From Chrysomallon squamiferum (lineage: Eukaryota; Animalia; Mollusca), in NCBI GenBank assembly GCA_012295275.1, contig CM022670.1:5766001-5830000 (forward strand): DNA of 64,000 nucleotides, in the 5' to 3' direction. Below the pieces are notes generated by a model, which worked only from the letters and a program-made list of their open reading frames with translations, was not told the origin of the DNA and did no database searches. Shown piece after piece: positions 26,759-41,203 of the stretch. The stretch's first letter is position 1, and every line of letters starts with the position of its first letter. Both the position numbers and the translations under genes were made by a program.

Positions 26759-29700
26759 TATAAAGATCTCTTCATTTATTTACTTGTCATGCCTGTACAT
26801 TTATTATTTTCAACATCAAGCCTGTAGATTTGTGATTTTAAATGTGTGTTCAGGTACAGACCTATCAGTGAGCGAGCCAAACTTCTCAGTTCTACTGCAC
26901 TTGGTCGACAGCCTGGACGAATAACTTCAGCCACCCCAACCCCACGTGAGTTTTTATTTTATTTACTTACATGTTGTAAATTTCTTTCGACACTTTATTT
27001 ACTTAAAGGCCATTTTTCAGTTTTACTGTGTTTTTGTTGTCTTATTTAATCAGTTGTTGTCATGTAATTAAAACATTTAGTTAACATGGTGTTTAATAAA
27101 GTTTTTGTTACAGTAAATAAACGTATTTGTGACTGAATTTTAATTTAAAAGTTTTGTAACTTTATTTTACTTTTAATATTTATGGCTGTATCTTAATTAA
27201 AGTTTTTGTGACTTTATTTTGATTAAAATTTATGTATTGATGGTGTCAGTGACTAGATTAGTGTAATTGTAAGCATGCAATTATTTCATTTATTCAGCTC
27301 CTTCACCTTCACCTTCACGTAAGTGTCACTTTTTTGACAAAAAACATTTAGTAATGGTTTCTGGTCTGCTTTTTCTAGTTTCTAACCTCTGATGCTGACT
27401 TCTGTTTACTACAGACTATCATCAACATATTCATGTCTATCTTTCAGTGACAGTAATTCTAAATTTTGTGTTTCCTTACAATAGTCTCAACACTAATGTT
27501 TATCTTTGAGTAACATATTTTATATATGACACCTAACACAGATCTTTACACTTTACTTACCTTGAATAACTTTAATCTGTTTACTTTGTAAATGTTACAT
27601 TGAATAACAGTCAATTCTTTACTTTGTAAATGATTACATTGAATAACTATAAAATCTTTACTTTGTAAATGTTACATTGAATAACTATGAACTCTTTATT
27701 TTATAAATGATTATGATGAATAACTGTAAATGTTACACTGAATAACTGTAAACTCTCTACTTTATAAATGTTACATTGAATAACTGTAAACTCTTTACTT
27801 TGTAAATGATTACACTGAATAACTGTAAACTCTTTACTTTGTAAATGTTACATTGAATAACTGTAAACTCTACTTTATAAATGTTACATTGAATAACTGT
27901 AAACTCTCTACTTTATAAATGTTACATTGAATAACTGTAAACTCTTTACTTTGTAAATGATTACACTGAATGGTAATAGCCTCTGCATTTTACACTTGTC
28001 TATTTCAAATAGCAATGACCTCTACTCTATACACATTACCTTTAACCTTTAGATACATTTATACAGTAACCACTAACCTTTAGATACTTTATACATGAAT
28101 ATTTACCAATGTATAACATTAACCTGTACTTTATGTATGTTTATCTTAGTTCTTTTGGTTTGTTCATTATGACTGGTTTGTTTACTTCTGATGCACACTT
28201 TGTGTAATAACACTAACCTTTGCCTGCATGTTTATCTTTGAGTAACATGCATTCTATTATACACACACACATATAGGCCAACATGATAGGTAGATCAGTA
28301 TCAACTCAGTATGTATCTTGTGTTATTTCACAGTTGTTAGAAACATCTTATTATTGTCTAAGATGTTTCTCTAAGTAACAGAATACACTGGTCAGCAAAC
28401 AGTGTATTGATATATTACTGTTCAGTTTTTAAACACAAACAGTACAATTAAAAGTGTAGTGTTTTGGCAGTAACAACAGATTATTTTAAGAGTTAATCTA
28501 ATAATTTTATTTTACTATTTGAAGTGTCAGTTTTGCAAAAGTAGAACAATTTTCAGTTGGCTGAAGAATTTCATAGAAAAAATTAGCATCTCATCCTTGC
28601 ATTCAGAGATTGAGGCAAATTTTTGTTTGTTTTTCTTTTTTTAACTTTTTTTTCTTCCACCTCCCCCCCTAGTAATACAAATTACTGTTGCATTTACATT
28701 TTAATGTTCATAATATTTTTTTACTGTTTGTTTTTGCAGGATTTATACTCCTATTTACATTATTATTGTTGTTGTTCTGTTCTCAGGATACACAGTGTTT
28801 CTCCTTTTTTAACATTACTGCCTGTGATCAGCTGTTTATTTTCAGTATTAAACCAGTGCAGTGTATTACAAATAAAACAGCTGACAAGAACAGCCAGATC
28901 ATCAGTATTTATTGTCAGTTCAGAGATCTGCTGTTAGATTGTCACTAATACAAGACTTAGGAATGATGCTGTCTCAAACAAACTTTAGCTTTTGGTGTTA
29001 CTTTTCTAAATACTTATTTTTTTATCAACTATACATTTTAATTTTTTTTTAATTTTTTTTTTAATTCATCAAATCATTTCACTGTTGAATTTTCATTTGA
29101 TTTGAATCTAGTGTTTACATTTTGTTTGTTTTTGTTTTATATTTCTAATTTGTAATTTCTTTTTAATGTAAAATGATATATGAAAACTAGGAATGAAATA
29201 AGTTAAAATCAAGAGACAAAATGGACTTCCACTAAGAATTTTATCTCTGTCAAACATCCTTTCATCTGTCTATTTGTTCTCAGTGGTCATTAAAGATATA
29301 TTAATCACTCAGGGTAGTGTATGCAGTGATGTCACTAGTTTGCTTCATATTCATCTTCCTAAACTCGTCTTCCTATATTGATGTTTGTAATAGTCATCTT
29401 GCAATACTCATCTTTGTGTTTTCATCTTCCTATACTCACCTCATACTCATCTTTGTAAACTCATCTACCTATACTCATCTTCCTATACTCACTTTTCTAT
29501 ACTCATCTTTATAAGCTCATCTTGATATACTTATCTCCATATACTCATTTTGTCAACTCTTTCAATTGAAATCAGAGAGACTAGAAAATTAGTAATTTCA
29601 AAAGAGTTTAATTTTTTTTATTTTTTTTTTATTTTTATAGATTAAAATAGATATTTCAATGGTTATTAAGTCTTTTTGTTGCACTTAATACAAACTACTT

Positions 29701-32700
29701 ATCCTATTTATAGGTAAATCTTCATATTGCTTATGAATTGGAGTTTAATTATTAAAAACAATAGCAACAAGAAGACAAATCCATAATAGTGAACTCTTGT
29801 AATACTGAATTATTGCAATATGAACAAAAGTTAGGTATTAGTGTGATTTAAAAAAAATTTCATGACTTTATTTTAATAGATTTGTAAAATTATAAAAACA
29901 GGCCAGAGATAGATGTAAAGTTACAAAATGATCTGTGTTAATTAAAGCAATATAATCTAAATCTAATAAAACATTTGAAATAAAGAGTCATATTGAAACC
30001 AGATGTAAGTAAATAGGCAGATCATGTACGACTGTCCCTTTAAATCAGGGATTAAATCATAATACCAGTTTCCATGTCAGTACTGATAAATGTGAGTCAG
30101 TAATAATTTTTGTTCTGAGAGACTTTGACAGAAAATGTTCTATGCATCTTTATTTAACAACTCTAACAGAAAAGAAATCATAAAGACATTTTTGAAATAC
30201 CTTTTTCAATGATAGATTGTAGAAATTACTCCAGTTCCAAAATTACCAGTGTCAGCTAGGCTTGTCTTTACAACCACACTAGTTATGGAGGTGGAAATGA
30301 TATCAAAAACAAATATATGACACAAGGAATACAAATACTGCATAACTCAGTACATGAATAATGCAGCATACGTTCATTCCAGGAATATAATGACAAGCTT
30401 TAAAATACATTAATTAGTTTCATTGTTTTAGCTGATGAATACTTGCATAATGGATGTTGAACGACATACTTAAATACAGACCTCAAAACATGATTTTGAA
30501 ATAGGGTTCAGTTACTCTGCTATATTATTTAAGTGACATAATTATTTCAAATGTTTTACAGTAAGTTCATACCAGACTTTTTTTTTTTACTGTAGCATTC
30601 ATGTAATTATTTCATTTATTTAGCTGCTTCATCCTCGTCTTCATGCAAGTCTCATACACATCTAATCTCATTATTGGATTTTTATTTAAATTACATGATA
30701 AATATGTTTACTTTGATAACACTAACTATATATGTATTTCATGAAATGATTTTTATATTTTATATTTACATATCATTTAGTTATAACTTTCATATATTTA
30801 AATACTCACTGATTTATATCAAAGATTTTTTTTTTTTTCACAGATTTTGTTTTGATTCCTGTTGGCTGTTTGTTGCTTTTAATTGCTATTGACTAGCATT
30901 GCAGTTCTCATAGTGTGGTCTACAAGACCATGTCATGTATTTTGCAAGGTCATAATAATACTAATACCTTCTGTTACTTGATTTTAATAGCTGTATTTTG
31001 TACAAACAAAAGCTCTTTGTTGTCCACTTGGTTTTTTTACAGTGTAAACATTACTGATGGGAAAATGTTTGAGAACCACAGGACAAGAGTAAGAGATCAG
31101 AATTTGGAATACAGTGTCAGCCTATGTTAGAGAGTAGAAATTTGTTTAATTTAGCCAAAAATGCTATGTTACTATAATTATGTTAATCATAATTTAGTCA
31201 ACTTTAACTCAGACATTTAAAATTAAACATCTTTATAAAGGTTTATAATAATTTTGTTGCTGAACAATTTCAGAAGAGAAATTTACTTTTGGTCCTCAAC
31301 TAGGCAAGTATCATTTATGTTGAGTTCAGAGAGCCTGCAAAACTTGTTATTTGTTTCAGAATACTGTTTCAGTTTATTTTTTAATTGTTGAAAATAGATT
31401 TCAGTTTTTAGTTTTATTTAAAAATATGCCAATTTCATATTTAAAGTCACAAAGTGATCTGTTTTAAATTAAAAAAGAGTAAGATATGAACTATGAAATG
31501 TATTATAATACTTGTAAAATATTTGAAATAAAGATTCATGTTCAAATCCAATGTAAGTAAATTGACAGATCACACATATTGTGCCTTTAAATTAGGTATT
31601 AAATTTTAATACCAGTGTCCATGTTAACACTAATAAATGTGTCAGTAATAATTTTTTTATTGTAATATTTTGACAGAAAATGTTCTATGCATCTTTATTT
31701 GACAACTAACAGAAAAGAAATCATAAAGACATTTTTGAAGACAAAAAAAATAAATGTTAAAGTTATTTTCAAAGTGCCTTTCAAAGTAATAGATTGTAGA
31801 AATTACTAAAGTTACAGAGCATTTCTCAATATTAAATGGTATATATTTGTAACCTCACAAACTATTTAGATATACAAAAACATACATGACATCACAGATA
31901 TAACTATAAGTATACATAAATTACAGCTTGATTTCACTGAACTAAATCAGTTCACTTCTACATTCCTCATTTTTGTGATATTTTTAATTACTGTCACGTT
32001 GACATTCATGTAATTATTTCATTTATTTAGATTCTTCACCCTCATCTTCACGTAAGTCATCTACAGCTCATTATTACTTCCTTCCTTAATAACATGATAA
32101 ATGTGTTTAACTTTGTTAAAATACTAACCTATATTTCATAAAATAATTTATATATTTTATATGTTTACATCGTAAGTAACTGTAACTTCTGTATATTGAA
32201 ATGTGTACCACTGGATAATTCTAACCTCTACTCTTGACATGTTACCTGACATTACATACAAGTCCTTGCTACTGACTAGGCCTGCAGCTCTCAAAGTGTG
32301 GTCCACAAAACCATTTCATGTGTTCTGCAATGTCAGAATTATTTTGATAATAATACTAAGACATTCTCTACCTTTTATTACTTTCATTGATTTAGATAAA
32401 TGTAACTTTCACAAATAAAAGCTCTTTGTTGTCCCCATATTTTTTTGAAGTGTAAACATTAATAACACCAAAATGTTTGAGAACACAGGTCAGGACTAAG
32501 AGATCAGAATGTAGAATACGCTGTCAGCCTATATTAGAAAATATAAATAAATCTGTTAAATTTAGCTGAAAAGATTAATCATGTTTGTGGTAATTCAGTA
32601 AATTTTTTATCAGGCATTTTGAAATGTTATATTTTGTAATGTTTCAAAATACATTTTATTGCTGAACAATTTCAGAGCAAAAACTAGCTTCTGGTTCTCA

Positions 32701-34475
32701 ACAAGGCAAGTATTATTTCAGTTGAGTTCAGAGATATTGGAAAACATGTATTTGTTTCAAAACAGTCTCAGTTTATTCTTTATATATTCAGATTTTCAGT
32801 TTTAATTTTTATTTATTTAATTCTAATTTGTTTGGTTTTTTTTTTTCTTTTTTTGTTTTTTTTTTTTTTTAAGTATTCACATTGTTCATTGCTGTATTGG
32901 GGAATTATCATTAAAAATATTTTAAAAAGTGTAATAGTGAGTTCTTGTAATACAAACACTAAAGGTGTAATTAATTGAGTTTTCTTTTCTTTTCTTTTTC
33001 TCCTATAGTTTTTTTTTTTTTTTTTTTTTTTCTTTTCTCTTTCTGGAACTGTATTTTAATGGGTTTGTAGACTTACAAAAACAGGCCCATTTTAAATATA
33101 AAGTCACAAAGACATTTATTTTATATTTTAAAAACCCACAAAGAACAACCTACCATATAGCACTGATAAATGCCAGTCAGTCATAATTTTTGTATTGTGA
33201 AATTTTGACAGAAAATGCTTCATATGTCTTTTATTTACCAATTCTAATAGAAAAAAAATATAACTAAAGAGGTTTTTGAAATGCCTTTCTGAATGATAGA
33301 TTGTAGAAATTGCTCAAACAGCAGAGAATTTTTCAGTATTTTGTTAAGAATATCTTCACACAAGTTCTCAACAAATGGAATTGGAGTGATTTGAAAAACA
33401 AATTTATGACACAAACAAAATGAATATTTGTGTAACTGAAAACACAACATGCAACTTTCATTTCAGCTCAATCAGTTCATTTCTACATTATATATTTAAG
33501 TTTTTGTGATATGTTTAATTACTGTCACATTGACATTCATGTAATTATTTCATTTATTTAGCTATTTCACCCTCATCTTCACGTAAGTCATCTACAGCTC
33601 ATTATTACTTCTTTCCTTAAATAACATGATAAATATGTTTATCTTTGTTAAAACACTAACCTATATTTCATAAAATAATTTATATATTTTATATGTTTAC
33701 ATTGTAAGTAACTGTAACTTCTGTATATTGAAATGTGTACCACTGGATAATTCTAACCTCTACTCTTGATATGTTACCTGACATTACATACAAGTCCTTG
33801 CTACTGACTAGGCCTGCAGCTCTCAAAGTGTGGTCCACAAAGCCATTTCATGTGTTCTGCAATGTCAGAATTATTTTGATAATAATACTAAGACATTCTC
33901 TACCTTTTATTATTTTAAGTTAATAACACCAAAATGTTTGAGAACACAGGTCAGGACTAAGAGATCAGAATGTAGAATACGCTGTCAGCCTATATTAGAA
34001 AATATAAATAAATCTGTTAAATTTAGCTGAAAAGATTAATCATGTTTGTGGTAATTCAGTAAATTTTTTATCAGGCATTTTGAAATGTTATATTTTGTAA
34101 TGTTTCAAAATACATTTTATTGCTGAACAATTTCAGAGCAAAAACTAGCTTCTGGTTCTCAACAAGGCAAGTATTATTTCAGTTGAGTTCAGAGATATTG
34201 GAAAACATGTATTTATTTCAAAACAGTCTCAGTTTATTCTTTTATATATTCAGATTTTCAGTTTTAATTTTTATTTATTTAATTCTAATTTTTTTTTTTT
34301 TCATTTATGTTTGTTATGTTTTTTTTTTTTTTTTTTTTTTTAGTATTCACATTGTTCATTGCTGTATTGGGGAATTATCATTAAAAATATTTTAAAAAGT
34401 GTAATAGTGAGTTCTTGTAATACAAACACTAAAGGTGTAATTAAGTGAGTTTTCTTTTCTTTATTTTCTCCTATA

Positions 34476-34506
<31 letters not shown>

Positions 34507-37500
34507 CTCTTTCTGGAACTGTATTTTAATGGGTTTGTAGACTTACAAAAACAGGCCCATTTTAAATATAAAGAGATTTATTTTATATTTTAAAAACCCA
34601 CAAAGAACAACCTACCATATAGCACTGATAAATGCCAGTCAGTCATAATCTTTGTATTGTGAAATTTTGACAGAAAATGTTTCATATGTCTTTTATTTAC
34701 CAATTCTAATAGAAAAAAAAAATGTCAGTATTTTGTTAAGAATATCTTCACAAGTTCTCAACAAATGGAATTGGAGTGATATGAAAAACAAATTTATGAC
34801 ATAAACAAAATGAATATTTGTGTAACTGAAAACACAACATGCAACTTTCATTTCAGCTCAGTCAGTTCATTTCTACATTATATATTTAAGTTTTTGTGTT
34901 ATGTTTAATTACTGTCACTTTGACATTCATGTAATTATTTCATTTATTTAGCTATTTCACCCTCATCTTCACGTAAGTTATCTACAGCTCATTATTACTT
35001 CTTTCCTTAAATAACCTGATAAATATGTTTATCTTTGTTAAAACACTAACCTATATTTCATAAAATAATTTATATATTTTATATGTTTACATTGTAAGTA
35101 ACTGTAACTTCTGTATATTGAAATGTGTACCACTGGATAATTCTAACCTCTACTCTTGACATGTTACCTGACATTACATACAAGTCCTTGCTACTGACTA
35201 GGCCTGCAGTTCTCAAAGTGTGGTCCACAAAGCCATTTCATGCGTTCTGCAACGTCAGAATCATTTTGATAATAATACTAAGACTGTATTTACCTTTTAT
35301 TACTTTCATTGATTTAGATAAATGTAACTTTCACAAATAAAAGCTCTTTGTTGTCCCCATATTTTTTTGAAGTGTAAACATTAGTGACACCAAAAGTTTG
35401 AGAACACAGGACAAGACAGATCAGAATGCACTGTCAGCCTATATTAGAAAGTATAAATAAATCTTTATAATTTCGGCAAGAAATTCTAAATTATAGTTAG
35501 TGCTGAAAAGATTAATCATGTTTATGGTAGTTTAGTCAATTTTTACTCAGACATTTTGAAATTTTAAATTTTGTAACGTTTTAAAATACATTTTATTGCT
35601 GAACAATTTCAGAGCAAAAACTAGCTTCTGGTTCTCAACGAGGCAAGTATTATTTCACTTGAGTTCAGAGAGATATTGGAAAACATGTATTTGTTTCAAA
35701 CCAGTTTCAGTTTATTTTTTTATGTAGTTCAAAATAGTTTTCAATTTTAATTTTTATTTATTTAATTTGTTTTTGATGTTTTTTATTTTTTATTTAATTT
35801 TTTTAATACAATGTGCTTTCCCATTTATTTTAGTGTTGACATTGTTCATTGCTGTATTGGGGAATTATCTTTTTAAAAACCCATTTAAAAAATATATACA
35901 TAAAGAAAAGTGAGTTCTTGTAATACAAACACAAATTTACTAAAGGTGTAATTAAGTGAGTTTTTCTTTTACTTTCTTTCTTTATTTTATTTTGTTTTTT
36001 TTAAATTTTTTCTTCTTCTTTTGAACAGAATTTTAATGGGTTTGTAGAGATTTATTTGAAATTTTAAAAACCCACAAAAAACAACCTATCAAATGAACAT
36101 AGAAATGTATTAGAAACCTAATAAAACATTTGAAATAAAAATTAATTTTCAAATCAGATGTAAGTATGACTGACTGTCCACATTAAATTAAAGATTAAAA
36201 CAGTCACAGTTTCCACTTAGCACTGATAAATGCCAGTCATAATCTTTGGATGGTGAGATTTTGACAGAAAATGCTTCATATGTCTTTTATTTACCAATTC
36301 TTGTAGAAAAAAAATAACTAAAGAGGTTTTTGAAATGCCTTTCTGAATGATAGACTGTAGAAATTACTCAAACTGCAGACATTTTTTCAGTATTCAGCTA
36401 AGCATTTCTTTGCAAGTTCTCAACAAATGGAGATGGCAGGTGATATGAAAAACAAATTTATGACAAGATAAAGAAAATGAATATTTGTGTAACTACAAAC
36501 ACAAAATACAACTCAATTTCATTTAGCTCAGTCAGTTCATTTCTACATTATATATTTAAGTTTTTGTGATATGTTTAGTTACTGTCACTTTGACATTCAT
36601 GTAATTATTTCATTTATTTAGCTATTTCACCCTCATCTTCACTTAAGTCATCTACAGCTCATTATTACTTTTTTCCTTAAATATGTTTATCTTTGTTAAA
36701 ACACTAACCTATATTTGATACAATTATTTTTATATTTTTACATTTTAAGTAACTGTAAGATCAATATATTTAAATGTTTACCATTGGACAATACTAGCTT
36801 CTAGTGTTGACATGTTACCTGACAAACCCCTTGTAGACCACAAGATCATTTCATGTGTTTTGCAAGATCAAAACTGTTTTCATAATAATACTAATATCTT
36901 CTGTACCTTTTATTACTTTCATTGATTTTGATAGCACTAACTTGCAGAAATAAAAGCTCTTTGTTATCCCCATACTTTTTTAAAGTGTAAACATTACTGA
37001 CACAACATGTTTGAGAAGTACAGGACAAGACTAAGAGATCAGAATACAGAATATACTGTCAGCCTATATAAGAAAGTATAAATAAATTGGTAAAATTTAG
37101 CCAAGATTTCTAAATTATAGTCAGTGCTGAAAAAATTGATCACGTTTGTGGTAATTTAGTCAATTTTTACTCAGACATTTTGAAATGTTATATTTTGTAA
37201 TGTTTTAAAGTACATTATATTGCTGAACAATTTCAGAGCAAAAAGTAGGTTCTGGTTCTCAACGAGGCAAGTATTATTTCATTTGAGTTCAGAAACATTG
37301 AAAAAAAATTTATTTGTTTCAAAACAATGTTTCAATTTATTTTTATTTTTTTTACATAATTCAAAATAGTTTTCAATTTTAATTTTTATTTATTTAATTT
37401 TAATTTTATATTTTATATATATTTTTTTTTAATTATTATTATTATTATTTAATACAAACTACTTTCCCATTTATTTTAGTGTTGACATTGTTCATTGATG

Positions 37501-39114
37501 TTTTGGGGAATTAATTTAAAAGAATAAAAATAAAAAAGTGTAATAGTGAGTTCTTGTAATACAAACACAAATTCACTAAAGGTGTAATTAAGTGAGTTTT
37601 TCTTTTTTTTCTTTCTTTTTTTTTTTTTTTTTTCTTTTTCTTTTTTTTCGTCTTCTGAACTGTATAAAAATTAATTTTTCAAATCAGATGTAAGTAAATT
37701 GACAGATTATGTATGACTGACTGTCCACATTAAATCAAAGATTAAAACAGTCACAGTTTCCACTTAGCACTGATAAATGCTAGTCATAATCTTTGTATTG
37801 TGAGATTTTGACAGAAAATGCTTCATACATTTTTATTTACCAATTCTAAAAGACAAAATTTAATTCTAAAGATGTTTTTATGAAATGTCTTTCTGAATGA
37901 TAGATGGTAGAAATTACTCAAACTGCAGAGAACTTTTCAGTATTCAGCTAAGCATAACTTTGCAAGTTCTCAACAAATGGAGATGGCAGGTGATATGAAA
38001 AACAAATTTATGACATAAAATAAAGAAAATGAATATTTGTGTAACAGAAAACACAAGAAAAACAACTTGATTTCATTTAACTAAATCAGTTCATTTCTAC
38101 ATTATATATTTAATTTTTTGGTGATATGTTTTATTACTGTCACACTGACATTCATGTAATTATTTCATTTATTTAGCTACATCACCCTCACCTTCACGTA
38201 AGTCATCTACAGATCATTAATATTTTTTTCTTAAATATATGATAAACGTTTATCTTTGTTAAAACACTAACCTATACTTCATACAATAATTTTTATATTT
38301 TATATGTTTACATTTTACCTGACAATACATATACACTTCATACATGTTTAATATGTTACACAAAATCTTTAAAATATCATGTTAACTGTTGAACAGCTCT
38401 AACTTCTAATTAAATATTTATCACGGATTTCATTATACAAGAGATAAACAAATGATATCTAACAACTGTTGATAGAAAACGTTATTTAGATTTCATTAAA
38501 TCTGCAGTCCTCATAGTGTGGTCCACAAATCCCTTGTAAACCATAAGATCATTTCATGTGTTTTGCAAGGTCAAAACTGTTTTCATAATAATACTAATAT
38601 CTTCAGTACCTTTTATTACTTTCATTGATTTTGATAGCTCTAAATTGTAGAAATAAAAGCTCTTTGTTGTCCCCATATTTTTTTTAAAGTGTAAACATTA
38701 CTGACACAACATGGTTGAGAAGCACAGGACAGGACTAAGAGATCAGAATGCAGAATACACTGTCAGCCTATATAAGAAAGTACAAATAAATCTGTTAAAT
38801 TTAGCCAAAAATTCAAAATTATATTTAGTGCTGAAAAGATTAATCATATTTGGTAATTTAGTCAATTTTTAATCAGTCTTTTGAAATGTTATATTTTGCA
38901 ACATTTTAAAATAAATTTATTGCTGAACAATTTCAGAGAAAAGAATAACTTCTGGTTCTCGAGGCAAGTATTATTTCTGTTGAGTTCAGAGACATTGGAA
39001 ACAAATTTATTTGTTTCAAAATGCTGTTTCAGTTTATTTTTTTATATAGTTTAAAATAATTTAAATTTTTAATTTTTATTTATAAAATTTTTATTTTTTG
39101 TTATTTACTTTATT

Positions 39115-39145
<31 letters not shown>

Positions 39146-41151
39146 GTTTTATTATTATTTTATTTAATACAAACTACTTTCCATCTATTTTGGTGTTGCC
39201 ATTGGTCACTGCTGTATTGGGGAATTAATTGTTTTTAAAATAAAATATTGTAATTGTAAACACAAATTTACTAAAGGTGTAATTAAGTTGGACTTTTTGG
39301 TAGGGGGGTTCTTTTGTGTGTTTTTTTGTTTGTTTGTTTTTGGGGGGTTTTTTTGGGGTTTGTTTAGCACTGATAAATGCCAGTCAGTCATAATCTTTGT
39401 ATTATGAGATTTTGACAGACAGTGCTTCATAAGTCTGTATTTACCAATTGTAATAGAAAAAATTATAATTGTAAAGATGTTATAGAAATGCCTTTCTGAA
39501 TGATAGATTGTAGAAATTACTCAAACAGCAGAGAATGTTTCAGTATTCTGTTAAGCATGTCTTTGCAAGTTCTCAACAAATGTACCTGGAATACTATGAA
39601 AAATAAATTTATGACATAAAGAAAATGAATATTTGTGTAACTGAAAACACAAAATACAACTTAATTTCATTCATCTCAAATGGTTCAGTTCTATAGTCCA
39701 TATTTGTTTTTGTTATAATGTTTAATTACTGTCACTTTCACATTCATGTAATTATTTCATTTATTTAGCAACTTCACCCTCATCTTCAAGTAAGTCACCT
39801 ACAGCTCTAATCTCATTATTACTTTTTTCCGTATTTACCACATAAATCCATTTAACTTTGATAAAAACTAACCTATACTTTATTCCGTAATTTTTTTATT
39901 TTATGTTTACATTTTAAGTAACTGTAACTTCTGTGTATTTAAATGTTTACCATTTGACAATACTAACCTCTTCTCTTAACATGTTACCTGACAATACATC
40001 TACACTTTATACACGTTTAGTATGTTACACAAAATCTTTAATATATGTTAACTGTTGAACAGTACTAACTTTTAATTATTTATCTCTGACTTCATTATAC
40101 AAGAGATGTACAAATGAACAACTGTTGATAGGAAACTATTTAGATTTCATTGAATATTCATTTTATCATTTTTACTTAAGTATCAAAGAATCTGTTTTTT
40201 CTTGTTGATTCCTGTTATTAGTTTGTTGTATTTTTATTACATGTCCTTGCTACTGACTAGGCCTGCAGTTCTTATAGTGTGGTCCACAAAACCATTCATG
40301 CAAAGTCAAGAGTTATTTAATAATAATACTAAGATCTTAACCTTTCATTACTTTCACTGATTTTAATAGCTGTAATTTGTACAAACAAAAGTTCTTTGTT
40401 GTCCCCATATGTTTTAAAGTATAAACATTAGTGACACCAAAATGTTTGAAAACCACAAGACAAGACTAAGAGATCAGAATGCAGAATACACTGTCAGCCT
40501 ATATAAGAAAGTATAAATAAGTCTGTTAAATGTAGCCAAAAAGTCTAATATATAGTCGGAGCTGAAAAGAGTAATCATGTTTTGTAATTTAGTCAATTTT
40601 AATCAGACATTTTGAAATGTTACATTTTGTAACATTTTAAAATACATTTTACTGCTGAACAATTTCAGAGCAAAAAGGATCTTCTGGTTCTCAACGAGGC
40701 AAGTATTATTTCAGTTCAGAGATACTGGAAAAAAATGTATTTGTTTCAAAACACTTTTTCAATTTATTTTTTTTATATAGTTTAAAATAGTTTTCATTTA
40801 TATTCTTTAATTATTATTTTTTTATTTTTTTATTTTTTGTTATTTACTTTATTTTATTTATTTATTTACTTATTTTTAATTATCATTAAAAGTGTAAACC
40901 AGTCTGTTAAATTTAGCCCAAAAGAGTTAATGATATCAGTTGTAATTTAACCAACTTTGAATTTATTCAGACATTTTGATGATGTTTTAAAATATTTGGT
41001 TTTTTTATTGCTGAAAAATTTCAGAGCAAAAATTAGCTTCTGGTTCTCAACAAGGCAAGTATTATTTCTGTTGAGTTCAGAGAGCCTGCAAAACTTGTTA
41101 TTTTTTCAAAGCACTTTCATGATAGTTTTTTATAGTTGAAAATAAGTTTCA

Positions 41152-41203
<52 letters not shown>

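Noticed and set aside
28557-28620. A twelfth family B microexon
   Set aside because: Homologous context (GCTGAAGAATTTCAT...GAG|GCAAAT), but the acceptor is mutated to CAT and the possible lengths (38, 40 or 58 nt) break the frame. Treated as a decayed copy.
32203-35340. Repeated ORFs [16 protein letters not shown]... (32203, 33735, 35125) as a small gene family
   Set aside because: They start at GTG, are disrupted in other modules and have no recognisable homology. They are a by-product of the most recent module duplications.
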